This document shows positions 13,081-27,800 of a stretch of DNA of 64,000 bases, piece after piece (position 1 is the first letter of the stretch; each line of letters opens with the position of its first letter). The position numbers were made by a program, and so were the translations under genes. The DNA lies in NCBI RefSeq assembly GCF_964355755.1, contig NC_092672.1, forward strand, positions 5,518,001 through 5,582,000. Reading direction: 5' to 3'. Source of the DNA: Antedon mediterranea (Eukaryota; Animalia; Echinodermata). A model generated the notes under the pieces. It searched no databases. It worked only from the letters and a program-made list of their open reading frames with translations, and had not been told where the DNA came from.

Positions 13081-14975
13081 TTACCAAGGTATTATTTCGC
13101 CGTTGTAACTAAACAGTTTACCGGCAGATGATTTGTTGAAGGAACTGAACAACTCAAACAGACTTTTAACACTTTGGTCAGTGGTCAGTTGGCCGTTTGG
13201 ACCGCCCATGTCGGTTTTCACCCAGCCTGGATGAATACATGCGACAAGGATTCCAGACGACTCAAGGTCAACACTCATCAGCTTGGTCAGCATGTTAACA
13301 GCAGACTGTGTTTTAGAAAGAAACATGTTTAATCAGAAGTAACCTTCTAAAAGATGTGAATAACATTATTAAAACTAACAAATTTTGTTATTTTAAAAAT
13401 CTTTATTTTTTCACGTTTTGGGGTTAATCAATCTTGATTGGTTATTAACTGCTAGTAGTAGACTAGTTCGAAATAACCTGTTAAAAATAATCAATTAAAA
13501 CACTCAATGGTTGTGTGTTTGACCAAATTAAAGTTATTTTAGGGTGTCTAGAAAACTAAGTTCTAGAAATCTAAGAACCAGTGGCCGTATTCACCATTCA
13601 CACTTAGGCTAATGGAAAGAAAGATTTTTTTTTTAATTTAAGGGCGTTTCCATTAGCCTAAGTGAATACAATTTAAGGGAATATCTCCCTTAAGTTATCT
13701 TAAGTCTTTAGTAATACCTTTGTTACTTGGTATGAATATGAAGAAGGAGGTCCACCAGGTCCAACTGATGCAATGGATGCCATGATGGAAGAGAAGTGGA
13801 TAATGGCTGCTTTTGATACACTCATGCCAGGCTGCGGGGAAGCTGCGGCAGCTGCTTTCAGTGATGGAAGCAAATCCTACAATAAATATTTCAGAATTTA
13901 TTAAAAATAATCAATTCATTTTAATATTTACTTGTTTAATAATCAATCCATCAAATCAACTTTTTTTCTTCGATAAAACATATGAATAACAATGCCACAA
14001 AATACCTCAATATAGAAAAAAGTAATTAAAAAAAAACATAGATATTATAGTGAACTGAAGAAAAACACTGAATTTCTCCATATTGCTTTAATACAAAGAA
14101 CAGAATCGTTACCTTTTTGTTTATGTAATGTATTATAAAAGATTGAAAGTTTAATATATATAAAAAAAGAATAATCCTGTTGTTTCTCCAGATGTAGGTT
14201 GGATTGTGGAAAAGTACGGTCATCAATGAATGAGTTCCATTTACCTGACAAATTTTAACTGGACCAGTAATATGTGCACTAAAACTCTGCTCCAATCCAT
14301 TTCGTGAGACTTTATCAAAGTCGCCAAATCTCTCCAGATGTACCCCGGCATTGTTTAGTAGTAAATTCAAGCCTTGTCCCTCTAAAATGTTCTTGACTTT
14401 GTCAGTAAATGCATTTATAGAGTCATCACTGAGTATATCTATAATTGAGAACAAATGATAATATTTCGCAAGTCATACCTTAATAATTAATACCACAGAG
14501 TTGTAAATAGGTATAGAGGGTATCTTGGCCGGAGTGCAAAGTAATACAGAAATTTCCTGTATTTATTTATTCCTTGTTATTTTGTATCGAATTCCGCATT
14601 TTTCAATTGTTCAAGACTTGAAGTTGTGCACAATATAAAATTAAATTGTGAAAGAAAAGTTCAATTTTGTGCTATTACTAATCTAAGTATTTACAAATTG
14701 TGCAAGGTTTCAATACTAAATATAAGTAGCACATTTAACATATAAACTCAATAAAACATAACATTTGAGCGGAAAAATGAAGTATACCTACCCAACTGCA
14801 AAACATGAACGTTTGAGTTGGATTTTGCAATGGACTGCAACTCAGTTGCCTGCTCCGGCGATCTGCACGTTGAAATCAGATGAGAGGGAGGCTTAGGAAG
14901 AGCCACGAATTGTTTGACAAATTCAAGCCCTATTCCTCTATTTGCACCGGTGATTATTACAGATCGGACGTTCAT
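13081..14975 (-). CDS. Short-chain dehydrogenase/reductase, C-factor (CsgA)/sniffer-like carbonyl reductase, 4 exons (14975-14792, 14438-14245, 13876-13718, 13305-13081), about 253 aa
   Basis: TGANRGIG Rossmann motif, LLNNAG, catalytic YQVTK (YxxxK), IHPGWVKTDMGG and C-terminal IPW are typical of this SDR subfamily. Confidence 0.92.
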
Positions 14976-15388
14976 GTTACAGATTATATTTTTTATACCC
15001 GGTTACTTAAAAAAGTATTACTATTAGTGTTCTCTTCTCGAACTTCCCTCTTTTTGCTTTTAGGCAGTCAGCTATTGAGTGTGGTCAGAGCATGGATGGT
15101 CAGAGAGAGAGTTTGATTGGTGGGGCGACGTACCTGGATGGTTGACACGTGCAGTGCTCATTGGAGCATTTTATATTATTAAACCATGATGCAGCAAAAC
15201 TGATGATTAGCTATAGGAACAAATCAGTCATTTTTACACTTTCAGTAAAAATAACCATTTATTATACTACTATCATATCAGGGAGGTATATGCATATAAA
15301 AGAAGACAAAACATATGTTAATAACAATAATATAATATTTGCGAAATTTACAAATTAAAGATCAATTGCGCCCTCATAATGATAGTTT

Positions 15389-15647
15389 GTCACGTACGTC
15401 ACATGACAGTTCATTGGTCTTATCACATGACATAACAAACATAGGGAAACAACAAAAAAACACTCCTGCTACTAATTCGACTCGATACCGGATAGGATAT
15501 CGAGCTGGTTATTATAATTTTTGAATCTTTTGTTATCGTTAGAATAATGTAACATTGACTGGTGTGACTAGAAGTTTTGATGTCTACGACGCGCAGCTTA
15601 TACAAGGAAGTTCACTTTAGGCCTACTTTTTTGTATGGGAAAGTCCC
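15389..15647. promoter_or_regulatory. Motif cluster in the divergent SDR/SLC15A4 promoter: two CLEAR/M-box-like TCACATGAC, an ETS AGGAAGT and a canonical kB site
   Basis: GTCACATGAC 15398-15407, TCACATGAC 15423-15431, GGGAAAGTCCC 15637-15647 (GGGACTTTCC on minus). Motif matches only. Confidence 0.5.
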
Positions 15648-15854
15648 ACAAAGTCAGTCAAGCCTGGCAAGCGCAGCAAGGATAGACTCTACTAGAGAGA
15701 GTGAAATCGTCACGAACTAAGTATAATTAGAGTTCACAAAGCAGGAAACAAAACAGTAAATGCCGACAGAGAAGACAAAGAAGATACAAAGAAGATTGAT
15801 TGTTTTGTAACTAGCAATTTACTCTTGTAAAGTTTGAATAAGATCTTGATAAAA

Positions 15855-18800
15855 ATGATGAGACAACAGGGAGGAGACAATGAAACGTCACCATTGTTAA
15901 AGAGGCAAAACTCTGATTCACAAAATTATAAAAGTTATAGAAGAAAAGTTGCTTGTTCTACAATATCATTAACCCAGATGTTTGAGCGAATTGCATTTTA
16001 TGGTGTGTCCGCAAACATGGTGTTGTTTCTAAACCAAGAACCCCTTCATTGGGCTGCAGATGAGGCTGTACAGGTTACCTTCATATTCACTGGACTTGCG
16101 TACATGTTTTCGCTTATTGGTGGCATACTAGCTGATTCGTTCTTTGGTAGATTTGTCACAATTGTTGTCAGTTTTGTTATATACATTGTGGGTTTAGTGC
16201 TTCTAACGCTTCTTGGGCATGCAGTGCACTATTCGAAATTTGAGATTTTGTGCGGCAATTCAATTGAATGGGTTAAAATTGTAGTGTCGAACAATCCAAC
16301 GCCATCAACCGATAACCAACCTATGCACGGCAATTGTAGAACACCGGTGTATATCTCGCTGATTTTAATAGCTATTGGAACTGGTATGATTAGAGCTAAC
16401 ATATCACCATTTGGAGGGGATCAGGTACCACCACATTTATAAAAAAAAAATCCATTTTGTTTTATTCGATTCCGAGAAAATCTAGTCTAAAATTTGTTGT
16501 TTTTTTTATAACAAATAATAAAAAACAAATGTCAATTGTCCAATATTTTTTGTAGGCATTAAATATTACATTTGTTGTATATTACAGGTTAAAAATGAAA
16601 ATTCCAATGTGATGCGAGCATTTTTCAATTGGTTTTACTGGGCGATTAATATCGGTGCGTTCATCGGAATAGGCGGGGTTTCCTTCCTACAGCAATACCT
16701 TAACTTCTTCTGGGGATTTCTGGCACCAACAGTTGCTATTGGAATCTCAATGATTGTATTTATTCTTGGACGTCCGTTCTATGCTTTGAAAAAGCCGACA
16801 GGAAGTGTTTTAACTAATATTTTCAGAATAGTGGTCGAGGCTTTTAGGGGAAGATCGAGACGCCGTCGACATTTCAGCAACCAAAATAGGTTTGTTTCAT
16901 AAAAGTAATTGCTTGGTCTATACAGTACATATAAACCTACAAATACATTTCATCATTCACCCCAACAAAACACCAGATCCAACACATGCCCTTGAAAATT
17001 CCACTCAAAATTATTACTATTAAATTGTATACAAAATAAAATAAGCCTATACTATTAAAACTATCACAGTATGGTTTATGTATTACTTGCACTTATAAAT
17101 TTTATTTTTCAGCAATCAAATATTGAGTCCATTGGCAAAGCCATCGTTCCTAGACATGGCAAAAGTCCGCTATGGCGGAAGTTGGCACGATTCAATGGTG
17201 GATGATGTGAAGAGTTTGGGTACGATCATTTTAGTGTTTGTGGCCCTCATCCCATACTGGATGGTGTACTTTCAGGTAATGTAAGATTTAACTTTATCGA
17301 ACCGGTAATAATTATAAAAAAAGTTCCAACAAATTCATCATGCAAGCTATTGGTATTTCTGTGGGTTTTTTTTTTTACAGATGCAGACAACATTCCTTTT
17401 GCAAGGTCTCCACATGAGAGCAACATTTAAACCAAATTGTGTAAACATTGCCAATTCTACTACCAATACAAGCTTAATGGTCACAGAAACTTCAGACAGT
17501 ATTGTGCCCACTGACTGTAAAGAAGATCCAGTAAGGGTTTCTCTTTCTAGGCTCCTTATATTTTAATCTAGCTGTTTTTTTTAAAAACAATGTGCTATTG
17601 AGACCCCTGGTTCTACCTTACATTGGCTTGATTTAAAACCAGGTTTGGGAAAATTAAAGAATTGCAATCTCCCAATACATTGTGATGCAACCAAAATGTG
17701 GGCTTTGAGAAGACAAGAGAAGTTTTTTAAAATATCAATCCAAAATGCGTAAAAACATAATAATATACAAAGGAGAATTGAAGAAAATGATATATATAAT
17801 AAACCCTGATTATTTTCAGTTTTCGTTTCCTGCCGCATGGTTGACCATTTTCAACGTTATCACTGTTCTTCTTCTCATCCCGTTAATGGAACGCGTCATC
17901 TACCCATTCCTGGATAAACGCAACATTCACATCTCACTTCTAAAGCGCATCATCATTGGAATGATCTTTATTATGTTAGCGGTCATCTGTGCCGGAGTCT
18001 TGGAGATTTACCGACTCAGAAACGTGCACGATCGTAAGAATGTCTGGGTACAAACTATAGGTACGACGCAATACTATGCTGCGCATTTGTGGATCTTTTG
18101 GCAGATACTTCAGTACGCGTTGATAGGAATCAGTGAAGTCTTCACAAGCATAGCAGGTAAAGCATACTGCCCCGACACATTTTTCCCCTATAATTAAACA
18201 TATACAGTACTGTACACCCAAGAGTTTTTCTGTTCTTAAAAAAAATACGACTGAGTCTAAATTAAAATAAACATGACAATATATAAGCAATATTAAAACC
18301 AAATGTTTTTATTGTATTAAATTTTTGTTAATTTCAACAGGTCATTGTAAATTTTCAGATGACCGAGAAACAAAAAAAAAGAAACAATTTCCTCCTCAAA
18401 GACTCAGTGGTTACACTAAGCACCCTATTAAAACAACGCAAGGTCCCAAAAGACTAGCTTTACCCATCACATGATCTAGTCTCCGAACCAGTACTGTACG
18501 TAGTATACATTGCAACATGTTTACACCATTTTATTTATTTCAAAGGTCTCGAGTTCGCATATTCACAAGCACCAAAGTCAATGCACAGCCTGATAATGGG
18601 CCTTTTCTACTTATCTGGAGGATTGGGTAATGTTTTTGGAGTGCTTCTCTATGACTTCACTACTAACGTTGTAGGATGGAAATCAAATAAGGATACAGCC
18701 AACATAAATTATATGAAATTGTGGAAATACTTCTTCTTACTTGCTGTGATCCAGTTCATAACCATTATCATTTTTAGTTTTGTCTCGCAGTCTTACGAAG

Positions 18801-18868
18801 CGAAGGAAAAAAAAGCAAGACAGAAGAACAACATTCAAAGAACGTCCCTAATACCGCCATTAGATTAA
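15855..18868 (+). CDS. SLC15A4: SLC15A4/PHT1-like proton-coupled oligopeptide/histidine transporter, 6 exons (15855-16424, 16588-16889, 17113-17275, 17381-17530, 17820-18156, 18546-18868), about 614 aa
   Basis: N-terminal acidic dileucine ETSPLL, FERIAFYG, GGILADSFFGRF, PFGGDQV, FFNWFYWAINIG, YWMVYFQMQTTFLLQGLH, GLEFAYSQAPKSM. May be co-orthologous to SLC15A3/4. Confidence 0.9.
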
Positions 18869-19737
18869 ACATAGATCTGGGTTGAAAAAGGCTAGCTAGG
18901 GAAAAGAAGGTGCTAAGGAAAGATACAGGTTTCAGGTTTCTTCATATGAACAAACAATAACAATATATATATATGTATAAAAGCATACATGTTTCACTTT
19001 CCACTTGTTAAACATCAGAAAAAATCTACATACTGGAATTGAACTATTTAATATAAATTGGCCTTAATGCTAAAACTTTACTGTAGTTATAGTAAAATTA
19101 ATGGTAAACAAATTTTTTTAAATAAGAAAAAATAAGGATCATATAATATTTTTTGGCTTTAAGATATTGTCATGCACAGAATTCAATCTGAACAATTTTG
19201 TTGGGGGGGGGGGGGGGACTGAGGGTCGGGGGGAGAGTATTGATTCGAGATATTTTCATGCACAAGGTGCAATTTCCATTAACAGCCATTTTTTTTATTT
19301 GAGAAAGCTTCAAAATTATGTCAATCCAAATATTTTTATATATATTCTTGAACGGTCACAACAAAATGCAGTTGATTCAGAATTAAATTTGATATGTAAA
19401 AAGAGTAACATTTTGAAAATATAATTATTGCTTTTTAAAATCGTCTTGTCTATTTTTCTTTTTGTCTAGTAAAATAACAATACTGTAGTAAATAAATTAG
19501 TAATATTAAAATAAAGTAATGATGAATACTGTAGTAAATAATAAGTAATAAATAAAGTAATGATGAAATCAATTCTTAATTATATGGAAAGACATCCCCA
19601 TTGGGCAAAGAATGTTGCTACATAATTTAAAGCGATATTTTAGTGTAAACATGAACGACATGACATGACATTTTTGGGCCGCATGTAAACTGAAGATTTA
19701 AACATTTATTTCAAGACATGTACCGGAAAAACCATCT

Positions 19738-19910
19738 TTTTAGTCGCGTGCAACGCGACTCTATAGCTCACTATGTCGGTTGGTCTTCTCGGATAAAGAC
19801 TATAAACCGTAGGTCCAGTGTATTCATATTGCTCGTGTGCACTTTAAAGAACCCAGTACATCTTTCGAGACGAGTAGGGGATTATCCCGGCGTACTTGTT
19901 CACACACACA
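19738..19910. mobile_element. Composite relic: inverted Helentron/HINE-like 3' hairpin end (19738-19782) fused to a Deu/Nin-type SINE core fragment (19783-19910)
   Basis: TTTTTAGTCGCGTGCAACGCGACTCTATAG is the reverse complement of the 43070-43097 end; it is followed by the same core as the SINEs at 28270-28620 and 31745-31990. Confidence 0.65.
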
Positions 19911-20531
19911 CTGTCGTGGACAGACGTAATGGCACAATGTGACCCTTAGGGGAGAAGAATGTTGTTGAAAAGGTGTAAAATCTAAGTCCACAGTACTCTG
20001 ATCTTCATGAAATAGCACTATATAAATGTCGCATTGCATTACATTGGTCGGTTAACTTGAGCACGCCACTGCAGCCATGTATATGGCCTTGTTTTTTATG
20101 AATCATATTCCCACTGATCAGGAATTTGGATGGGAAGCTACACTCCTTGATGGAAAAAAAACAGTACACATAAGATTACATATATGGTTATTTTATTATT
20201 TTCAATCAAAAATCGTCTATTAACATTCATTATCAGTCTTAAATGTTATATTCAGTAATCAACATATAATAGAATAATTGCTTTTATCTACATTTTTGTT
20301 ACAAAATAGTGCTTATTAGAACATATTGAGAAACGCCATCACCAAGAACATACAGAATCAAGTAAAGGGTTGGTATCTCGGTAGCAACCAGAGGGGAAGA
20401 AAAGCCCATCATAGAGGGTAAAAAGAGTATAACCTTCATCCCATCATAGAGGGGTAGGAAAAGGTAGATATATTTGTTAGACTTTCTTTTTAGAAGTAAC
20501 ATTTTTACAAATGTACTCCTCCTCAGCGGAA

Positions 20532-20651
20532 AGCTCTGCCTACACTATCAAACTTTATGTGACAAAAAAAGCGTGATGTGGCTATAATGGACATGTCAAA
20601 TCACTACCATATTTGGGCACATCAAACTAGTTTGATAGTGTGGACAGAGCT
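20532..20651. mobile_element. PIF/Harbinger-like MITE, family A (TIR AGCTCTGTCTACACTATCAAACT)
   Basis: Terminal inverted repeats at both ends; further copies near 10360-10490, 23423-23542, 25722-25880, 27448-27573, 27912-28088, 31495-31633, 32603-32754 and 33609-33760. Confidence 0.8.
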
Positions 20652-21801
20652 TAACATGAGTAGAAAGATAACATTTTGTTGTATGGAATTTCTGTATACT
20701 TTGATTGAACTCATCTGTAATTAATTGGCTTCAGATTAAACTCCGATAACAGACAAAAATAGATATTTCAGGGCCAAAAAATAATAGAAACTTGTAGATT
20801 ATGCTGAAATAGTAGAGTGCGCGCAACAATAACCAGGAGATTCAGGCGGCCTAAGTACTGTATGTCCAATCCAATGATATTTATAGAAAAATGATTCAGC
20901 ACTTTTACTTTCACTCAACAACAGTTAAACATAATCGAGACAAACTTTAAACCGATTTTTATCATAATTATTTTCTCACTTTTTCGATATAAATACCCAA
21001 AACCTAATGGTAGTAGGAACCAGTTTAACTGTAATTTTTTGTGTTCCCTTCATTTTTTCGCATTTATATATTTTTGTCTTTGTTCTATGAGCTCTTAGAT
21101 TAAGATTTTTTTTTCTCTTTTTTGCTATGAATATATTATGTCACCATGATATTCCAAAATAAAAAGATGAATGAATTTCAACTTTTTTTTAAAAATTATG
21201 CTGCGCATGCGTCATCAACCGATATCCAGGAATATTGCGTCGGAGGGTGAATAAAAATAAAGGTGTTTTACAGGACAGAGACAGTAATCTCTATTTTACA
21301 GTAGATCCACAAATACAATAATGCAAAAGAATACTTAAGTGCAGATATATCAAACATTATTAGTAATATTAGCACTTACCATACTTGGGTATAATAGGTA
21401 TACCTACATGAGTATGGCTTTATTTTTTACAAATTATTATTTGATAAATAAATTAGAATACTATATTTCATATAACTTTAATGATCTATCACTGAACATT
21501 CAAATATCTTCTAATTTCCCAATTATTGATCACAAAATTGAAACACAGAAGACGAAAAAAAACCACAAAACCCAACCATCGTGAAAATAAAACATATCCT
21601 AAAACACATAAAGATTTAATTTTTTTTAAAGAAACACAATTAGTCATGAATACAATTTTATTATTATTATTCAATAATTTAAAAATACAATTTTTGTCAT
21701 TTTTTCCACACATTTGCATTTGAAAGCGCCAAATCTACCACAAACAATTTTATTATGTAGACGATTGCAAATAAAAAAATAATCTTTCCTCAACTTTGTC
21801 A

Positions 21802-24800
21802 CTAACTCCACACATCACACGAGTAACGTCCCTTTGATTGCATTTTCTTTAAGTAGTCTTCGGCAGCTGATGATGTCAGTTCTCCTTTCTCAGTGATGAT
21901 TCCTCGTATAGTCTTCAAGACATCTGGTGCCATGTTACGTGCATCACTAAAAGTTTAAAAAGAAAAACAAAAATAGGAATTTGTTTTTATCAAATATATC
22001 ATGATTGAAATAAAACTTGTAAAATGTGCTTTTTTAAGGTCAATGACATTAAGTCATTGGACCCGACATACAACATGGTAATATGCATCAATGTTTGAAA
22101 CACTAAATTTATCCCATCATAATTGGTAAAAGGACTGCTTGCACTCTTTAGTTGTGTCCTGTGTTTCAAAATTAGGACATTTTGAAATCGAGGCTATTAA
22201 GAAATTTGGCGTGGACACTCTCATTATTCTAAACAAAAAGCCAAACTATACTACTACTACTACTACTACTACTGTACTACAACTACTACTGCTACTAAAG
22301 CTTGGTTCCCAGTAGAACGTAACGCAAGGACGTAAACGCAACGCAAGCGTTTCAACCAATGACAAGCGAAGTTATAGACAGTTAGCAATCACAAGCGAAT
22401 AAGCCATCGCTTGTGATTGGTCAGTTCACTTGCGTTGCGTTACGTCCTTGTGTTGCGTCGCTAGTGAGAACCACGCTTAACAAGGTATTAGTTGAAATCA
22501 CCTCCTCATGTATTGAGGTATCACAGTTATACAATAAGGAATTAAACCTAGATAGCCTACAAATTACGTTCAAAACAGATCATGGAAAACCTTTATAATT
22601 ATTGGTTGTTTATGAAGACAGCTACAAAATATTGCTTGACATGTTTATTCATGCAGAAAATTCTGTTTGTGTTCTCTATTAATTTAAAATCGAATCGGAA
22701 TTCTTGAAAACGTACTAATTCAGCAGCAATCGCATCCGATATCCGATAAAAGTATAGCAGCCATGAACAAAAAAATATTATTTTCACTCCCAGAGAAAGC
22801 GCATACGCAATTTTATTTTAATTAGCATTCGAATAAGACTACTCACCCACAAACGTATATATGTGCTCCCTTTTCTATCAATTTCCAAACCTTATCAGCT
22901 TCTTCCTTCAGTAAATCTTGTACGTAACGCTTTTTCTCTTGATCACGTGAAAACGCCACAAACATATCCGTCAATGTACCATTGTTAACATACTCTTTCA
23001 ATTCATCTTGGTAGATGAAATCCTCTGATGCTTTTCGGCAACCAAAAAATAAAACTGTCTCTCCGACATCTTTCCCTATAGACCATAATAAATTGAATAC
23101 ATCAATAATCAATGAAAAACATAAACATAAAATCTATATTTTGGTACTGTATTTCCACGAAAAAAAATTAACAGTCCAACAGTCTTTCTGCATATGTTTG
23201 TGTGCACAGAAAGACTTTTTGACTCGACATCTGTATAGTTGTGAGGTGCATCGTGAAAGTGAAAGGTTCTAAAGATCCAGGGAAGCATGAACAAAACAAT
23301 AGGGCGCTTTCAATTTGTGACGACAACTGACAACCCAAGTCTAGACTAACCTAGGTCAGGTCAATTGATGTGTGGTTGATCGTCATTTGGACCTAGAAAC
23401 CATCCATGCCATGATGCTGTAAAGCTCTCAAACTTTATATGAACATGATGTCATATCACTACCATATTTGGGTTTTTTTGTGTTAAACTAGTGTAGTGAC
23501 CGCGCAGTGTCACTAAACTCGTTTGATAGTGCAGACAGAGCTCTTTAGCCTAATTCTCTATTCACTCACCATCTTTCCTAAGTGCACTCCTCTCTTGTAT
23601 AAATCCACGGAATGGCGCCAGACCTGTTCCTGGTCCAATCATGATCACAGGGACTGTATGCTTGAATGGTAACCTAAACTGCGATTTACGGACATACACA
23701 GGAACTTTTGGAGCGTTTTCCGGCCCGTTTGGAATTTTATCCTTTAACCAACTTGTTGCCACGCCAAGATTGGTGCGATTGGTGAGTGTTTTATATTCAA
23801 CTAAGACGGCAGTTATGTGAATACTATTAGGATGCAGCTAGATTGATACAAATAATACACTATTAAAATATAATATTTTTTTTTCATATTTTTATAAATT
23901 AGGTACTTTAAATATAAAGCATCACAAAGAAAATGTTATTTTTATGTATTCACAAGCAATGCGTAGCAAAAAAAAAACATAAATTGGGTAGTTGAACAAG
24001 AAACTCACCTTTGGAGATGAAGATATGGAATAATATCTGGCCTGTAACCGTGGTAACAACTCACAAAGATGATCCAGAGGAGGTTTGCATGATGGGATAT
24101 CTTCAAGTATTGCCAAAATGTTCCTATGTGATTTTACAACCCAGTCACTATACTCTTTCTGGAAAACAATACATTTTTCATTATAAACAATATTAATCAA
24201 TTTGAAAATGAACCTGGCAATAGTTAAAAATTCCTCAACTTGTAAAAAAAACTTCACATTATGAATAAGAAAAAGTAGTATTTATTTTATTTATTTATTT
24301 TATTCAGTTGAAAACCAACAGCGATGCAACCGCCACTAACAGGTTGAATCTAAACATAATAAACTATAAAATGTATTCAAATAAGCAACAATAACATAAA
24401 CAAAGATCACAACATTAAAGAGATTTAACATTTCACCCTTAAATACATTTAAACTATCATAAAATAAATCAATAATGAATCATTATTATGAATTTAAATA
24501 ACAAAATCTCATCAAACCAGTTTGTTACAAACAAGGCAATATTGCATGACTAACCAATGCAATTTCTATAACAACAAATAATTGTAATCATGGAGCTAGA
24601 AATATATATCAAAGGTTGGAAAAATTTCATCTGGTTTTACAATAGGTATACATTTTTTTGGTTGTTACAAAAAGAAACCTTTATTATAGAAAAATATCAT
24701 TTATCAATTTAATTAATAAGCTTACCTTGCCCTCTGGCGTGGCAGAAGAAATCTTCAACAGGAATTCCTTATCTTTAGGGTCTGAGCAGTATTCGGAGAT

Positions 24801-27800
24801 GTCTTTGAGGACATTGGTGCGTGGACAGTTTGTGATGTCCAGATAGAAAGACAGAGCGGTGCGGTAGGTACATGGACACGGGAATGGGTGCTTCTTACTT
24901 GCTTCTTCTATATATTACAGTATACAAAAGCAACTTATATATCAAACTTATTACATTTAGCAATATACAGTACTTGTCTTCTACAGTTTATTTATTTTAT
25001 TTTATTTATTTTATTTTATTTATTCTGTCTTTATACTCTGAATGACACTTTCAGTGCTAAAGCATTGATTTCCAAAGTTGTTCAGTAGAGAACATTAACA
25101 ATATAATAAAAATAATTCAAAGACAACTAACACATTAATTTACATACAGTATACAAAAGCAACTTATATATCAAACTTACATTTAGCAATATACAGTACT
25201 TGTCTTCTACAGTTTATTTATTTTATTTTATTTATTCTGTCTTTATACTGAATGACACTAAAGCATTGATTTTTAAATTGGTTCAGTAGAGAACATTAAC
25301 AATATAATAAAAATAATTCAAAGACAACTAACACATTAATTTACATTATTACACACACATTTACAAAAAGGTAACTATCTACCAAACATACAGAAAAAAA
25401 ATAAAATGGAAGGAATTCAAGGTAAAAGGTAGTGGTAATATTTTGGATTGAATTTTTAAAAGTTGAAAGTGTCATAGATTAGCAGTTTGTTTTTGTGTCA
25501 TTTGAAAGTTTGTTCCATAATTTTGTTGATTTGGTTGATTTGGTTGATCGATACGCAAAATCAGTTGGTTCATACAAAATAAAAATCATATGTGGCACCT
25601 GTTAGGTTAGGGTGATTGCCTACAATACAGGCATAATACAATGTGATACATTATGTGTCACAGACTTACAGAATTGCCAATGATAATGAAATTGGCTATA
25701 TTATTATTCTGTCAGATTATGTCCACAATACACTATCAAAATAGTTTGACAAAAAAGTGTGATGTGCCCAAATATGGTAGTGATATGCCTAAATATGCTA
25801 GTGATATGACATCACTGTGTCCATATATGAGCACATCACATTTTTTTTGTCACATACAGTTTGATAGTGTAAACAGAGCTTTAGATTGGTTAGTATGGTG
25901 TTGTTGATAACTGAGTAATTGCTAGCAATTAACGCTATACTATATTCACCACACTTACCATCGACGTTGTTTAAACTGAATACAACATCCAGGTTTTGGT
26001 CCAGAATCTTGGCAATACCGTTGACTAGGTTAGCATTGTTAATGGGATAAACAGCAACATGATCCCCAGATTCATACCTGAAATAGAAGATACAAAATCA
26101 TCTTAAGTTGAGCAAGAAACTCAGTATTACAACTTGGGTGAATGATTCAACACTGATAAATATAGCATAGCTAATATAGACCTTCCAGGCCCCTTGATAA
26201 CCAATATTTGGAGTTATCTCGCTTTTACTACTAAGTTTCTTTAGTTATAAAGGCAACAATAATAAAGACCAATTGAAATATATAAAAAAAAAGAAAAAAA
26301 AAGACCAATTGAAATAGATGAGCCGTAACATTAACAGTAAACAAAAATATAGAATCTATGCTATATCTATGACGGGTGGGTAAGCAGAAACCAGCTCAGG
26401 ATACTGTAGATACAGATTGTACGTGGACAAACAAACTTTTTGTTACAGCTCATCTGTGTAAATTGCCCTTAACGCATTTTCCACAAACACATCATTGGTA
26501 TAGGTCACTCTGGATTGACAATGCTTTTATAAAGTTTCTTGACACATCAGTGTTAACTACTGTGCATAGTTATCAGGACTACAGAATATAATCCTTTTAT
26601 TTAATAATCAGAGAAGTGCAATTTTATTTAATATTCTAACAAAGAAAAAAATAAAATATCTTTAAATCAATTCAACTGTTTTAAGTTAATGTTAATAATT
26701 TTATGCTTATTATTATTTGTATTTATTTAAATTAATTATTTCATCTTTCTTTATCTCTTCTCGTCATTATTTATGATTAAGTATCCATTCATTCGTTTCC
26801 TTTATTTCAGATTGTACAATACATCCATATACAAAACATACAAAACAAAAAGAGAAAACATTTCACCAGAAAATTAACAATACTGTATCATCTTCAACAA
26901 AAGCAACTTACAAATTCGTCACCGTTGATTTAACCTCATCTTACAAAATACGATTTAGCAATACAGAAAAACAACGTTAATGTTAACAGTTGGACAGCCA
27001 TTTCGCTGAATTTATGAACAGATAATCGAACTCAGCGATTATCAATTTCAACTCTCCTCAGAGGAAGACTTTATTCTTTAAATTCATTATTATTGATTAA
27101 CTATAGTTTTAATTAAGACTATTAAATGTCATGAATTCTGTTATGAATTGAGTCTATAATTATAATGTATTATAGCTTTGAGGAAACAAGCAATAATTAA
27201 AAAGAACAAACCTTATCTTAGAATCTGTAATATCAAACTCTATATGCATACACGACCTTTCACCTCCATGATGCAGTTCACGATTGGTTTGCACTCGGCT
27301 CACAAACGGATTCTTAGTATCAAATGGTCTGGAGATAATAGAAAAAAATATTGTATATTGTAATTCTACTTTGTTAATAATAAATTCAAGTGTGCTAATA
27401 ATAGATGGATAATAAGTCAGTTACTGTAAAACCATGAGCAGTATTGTATACTGTCTACACTATCATTCAAACTAGTTTGAAAAAAAAAGTTTGACCAAAT
27501 ATGGTAATGACATGCCCAAATATGGCACATCACATTTTTTTCTCACATAATGTTTGATAGTGTAGACAGAGCTTTAGATTCAAGGCTGTCTGAGCCTAGG
27601 TATTCAATTCACTGTTTATTCATAAACTTAATAAATATATACATAGGCCTAGGTTAAAAGACAATAATTAATACTGTAGATTACAATTTTTTTTAAAAGA
27701 AAGAATAAAAAAGCTAAAAAGAGTAACAAATTTGATGTCCCGAAACAAATAAATATACTGAAGAAAAAACGCTCATCACAAAGTAATAAATAAAACAAAT

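Noticed and set aside
19203-19235. G-rich tract as a functional G-quadruplex
   Set aside because: A simple poly-G run downstream of SLC15A4 with no further support.
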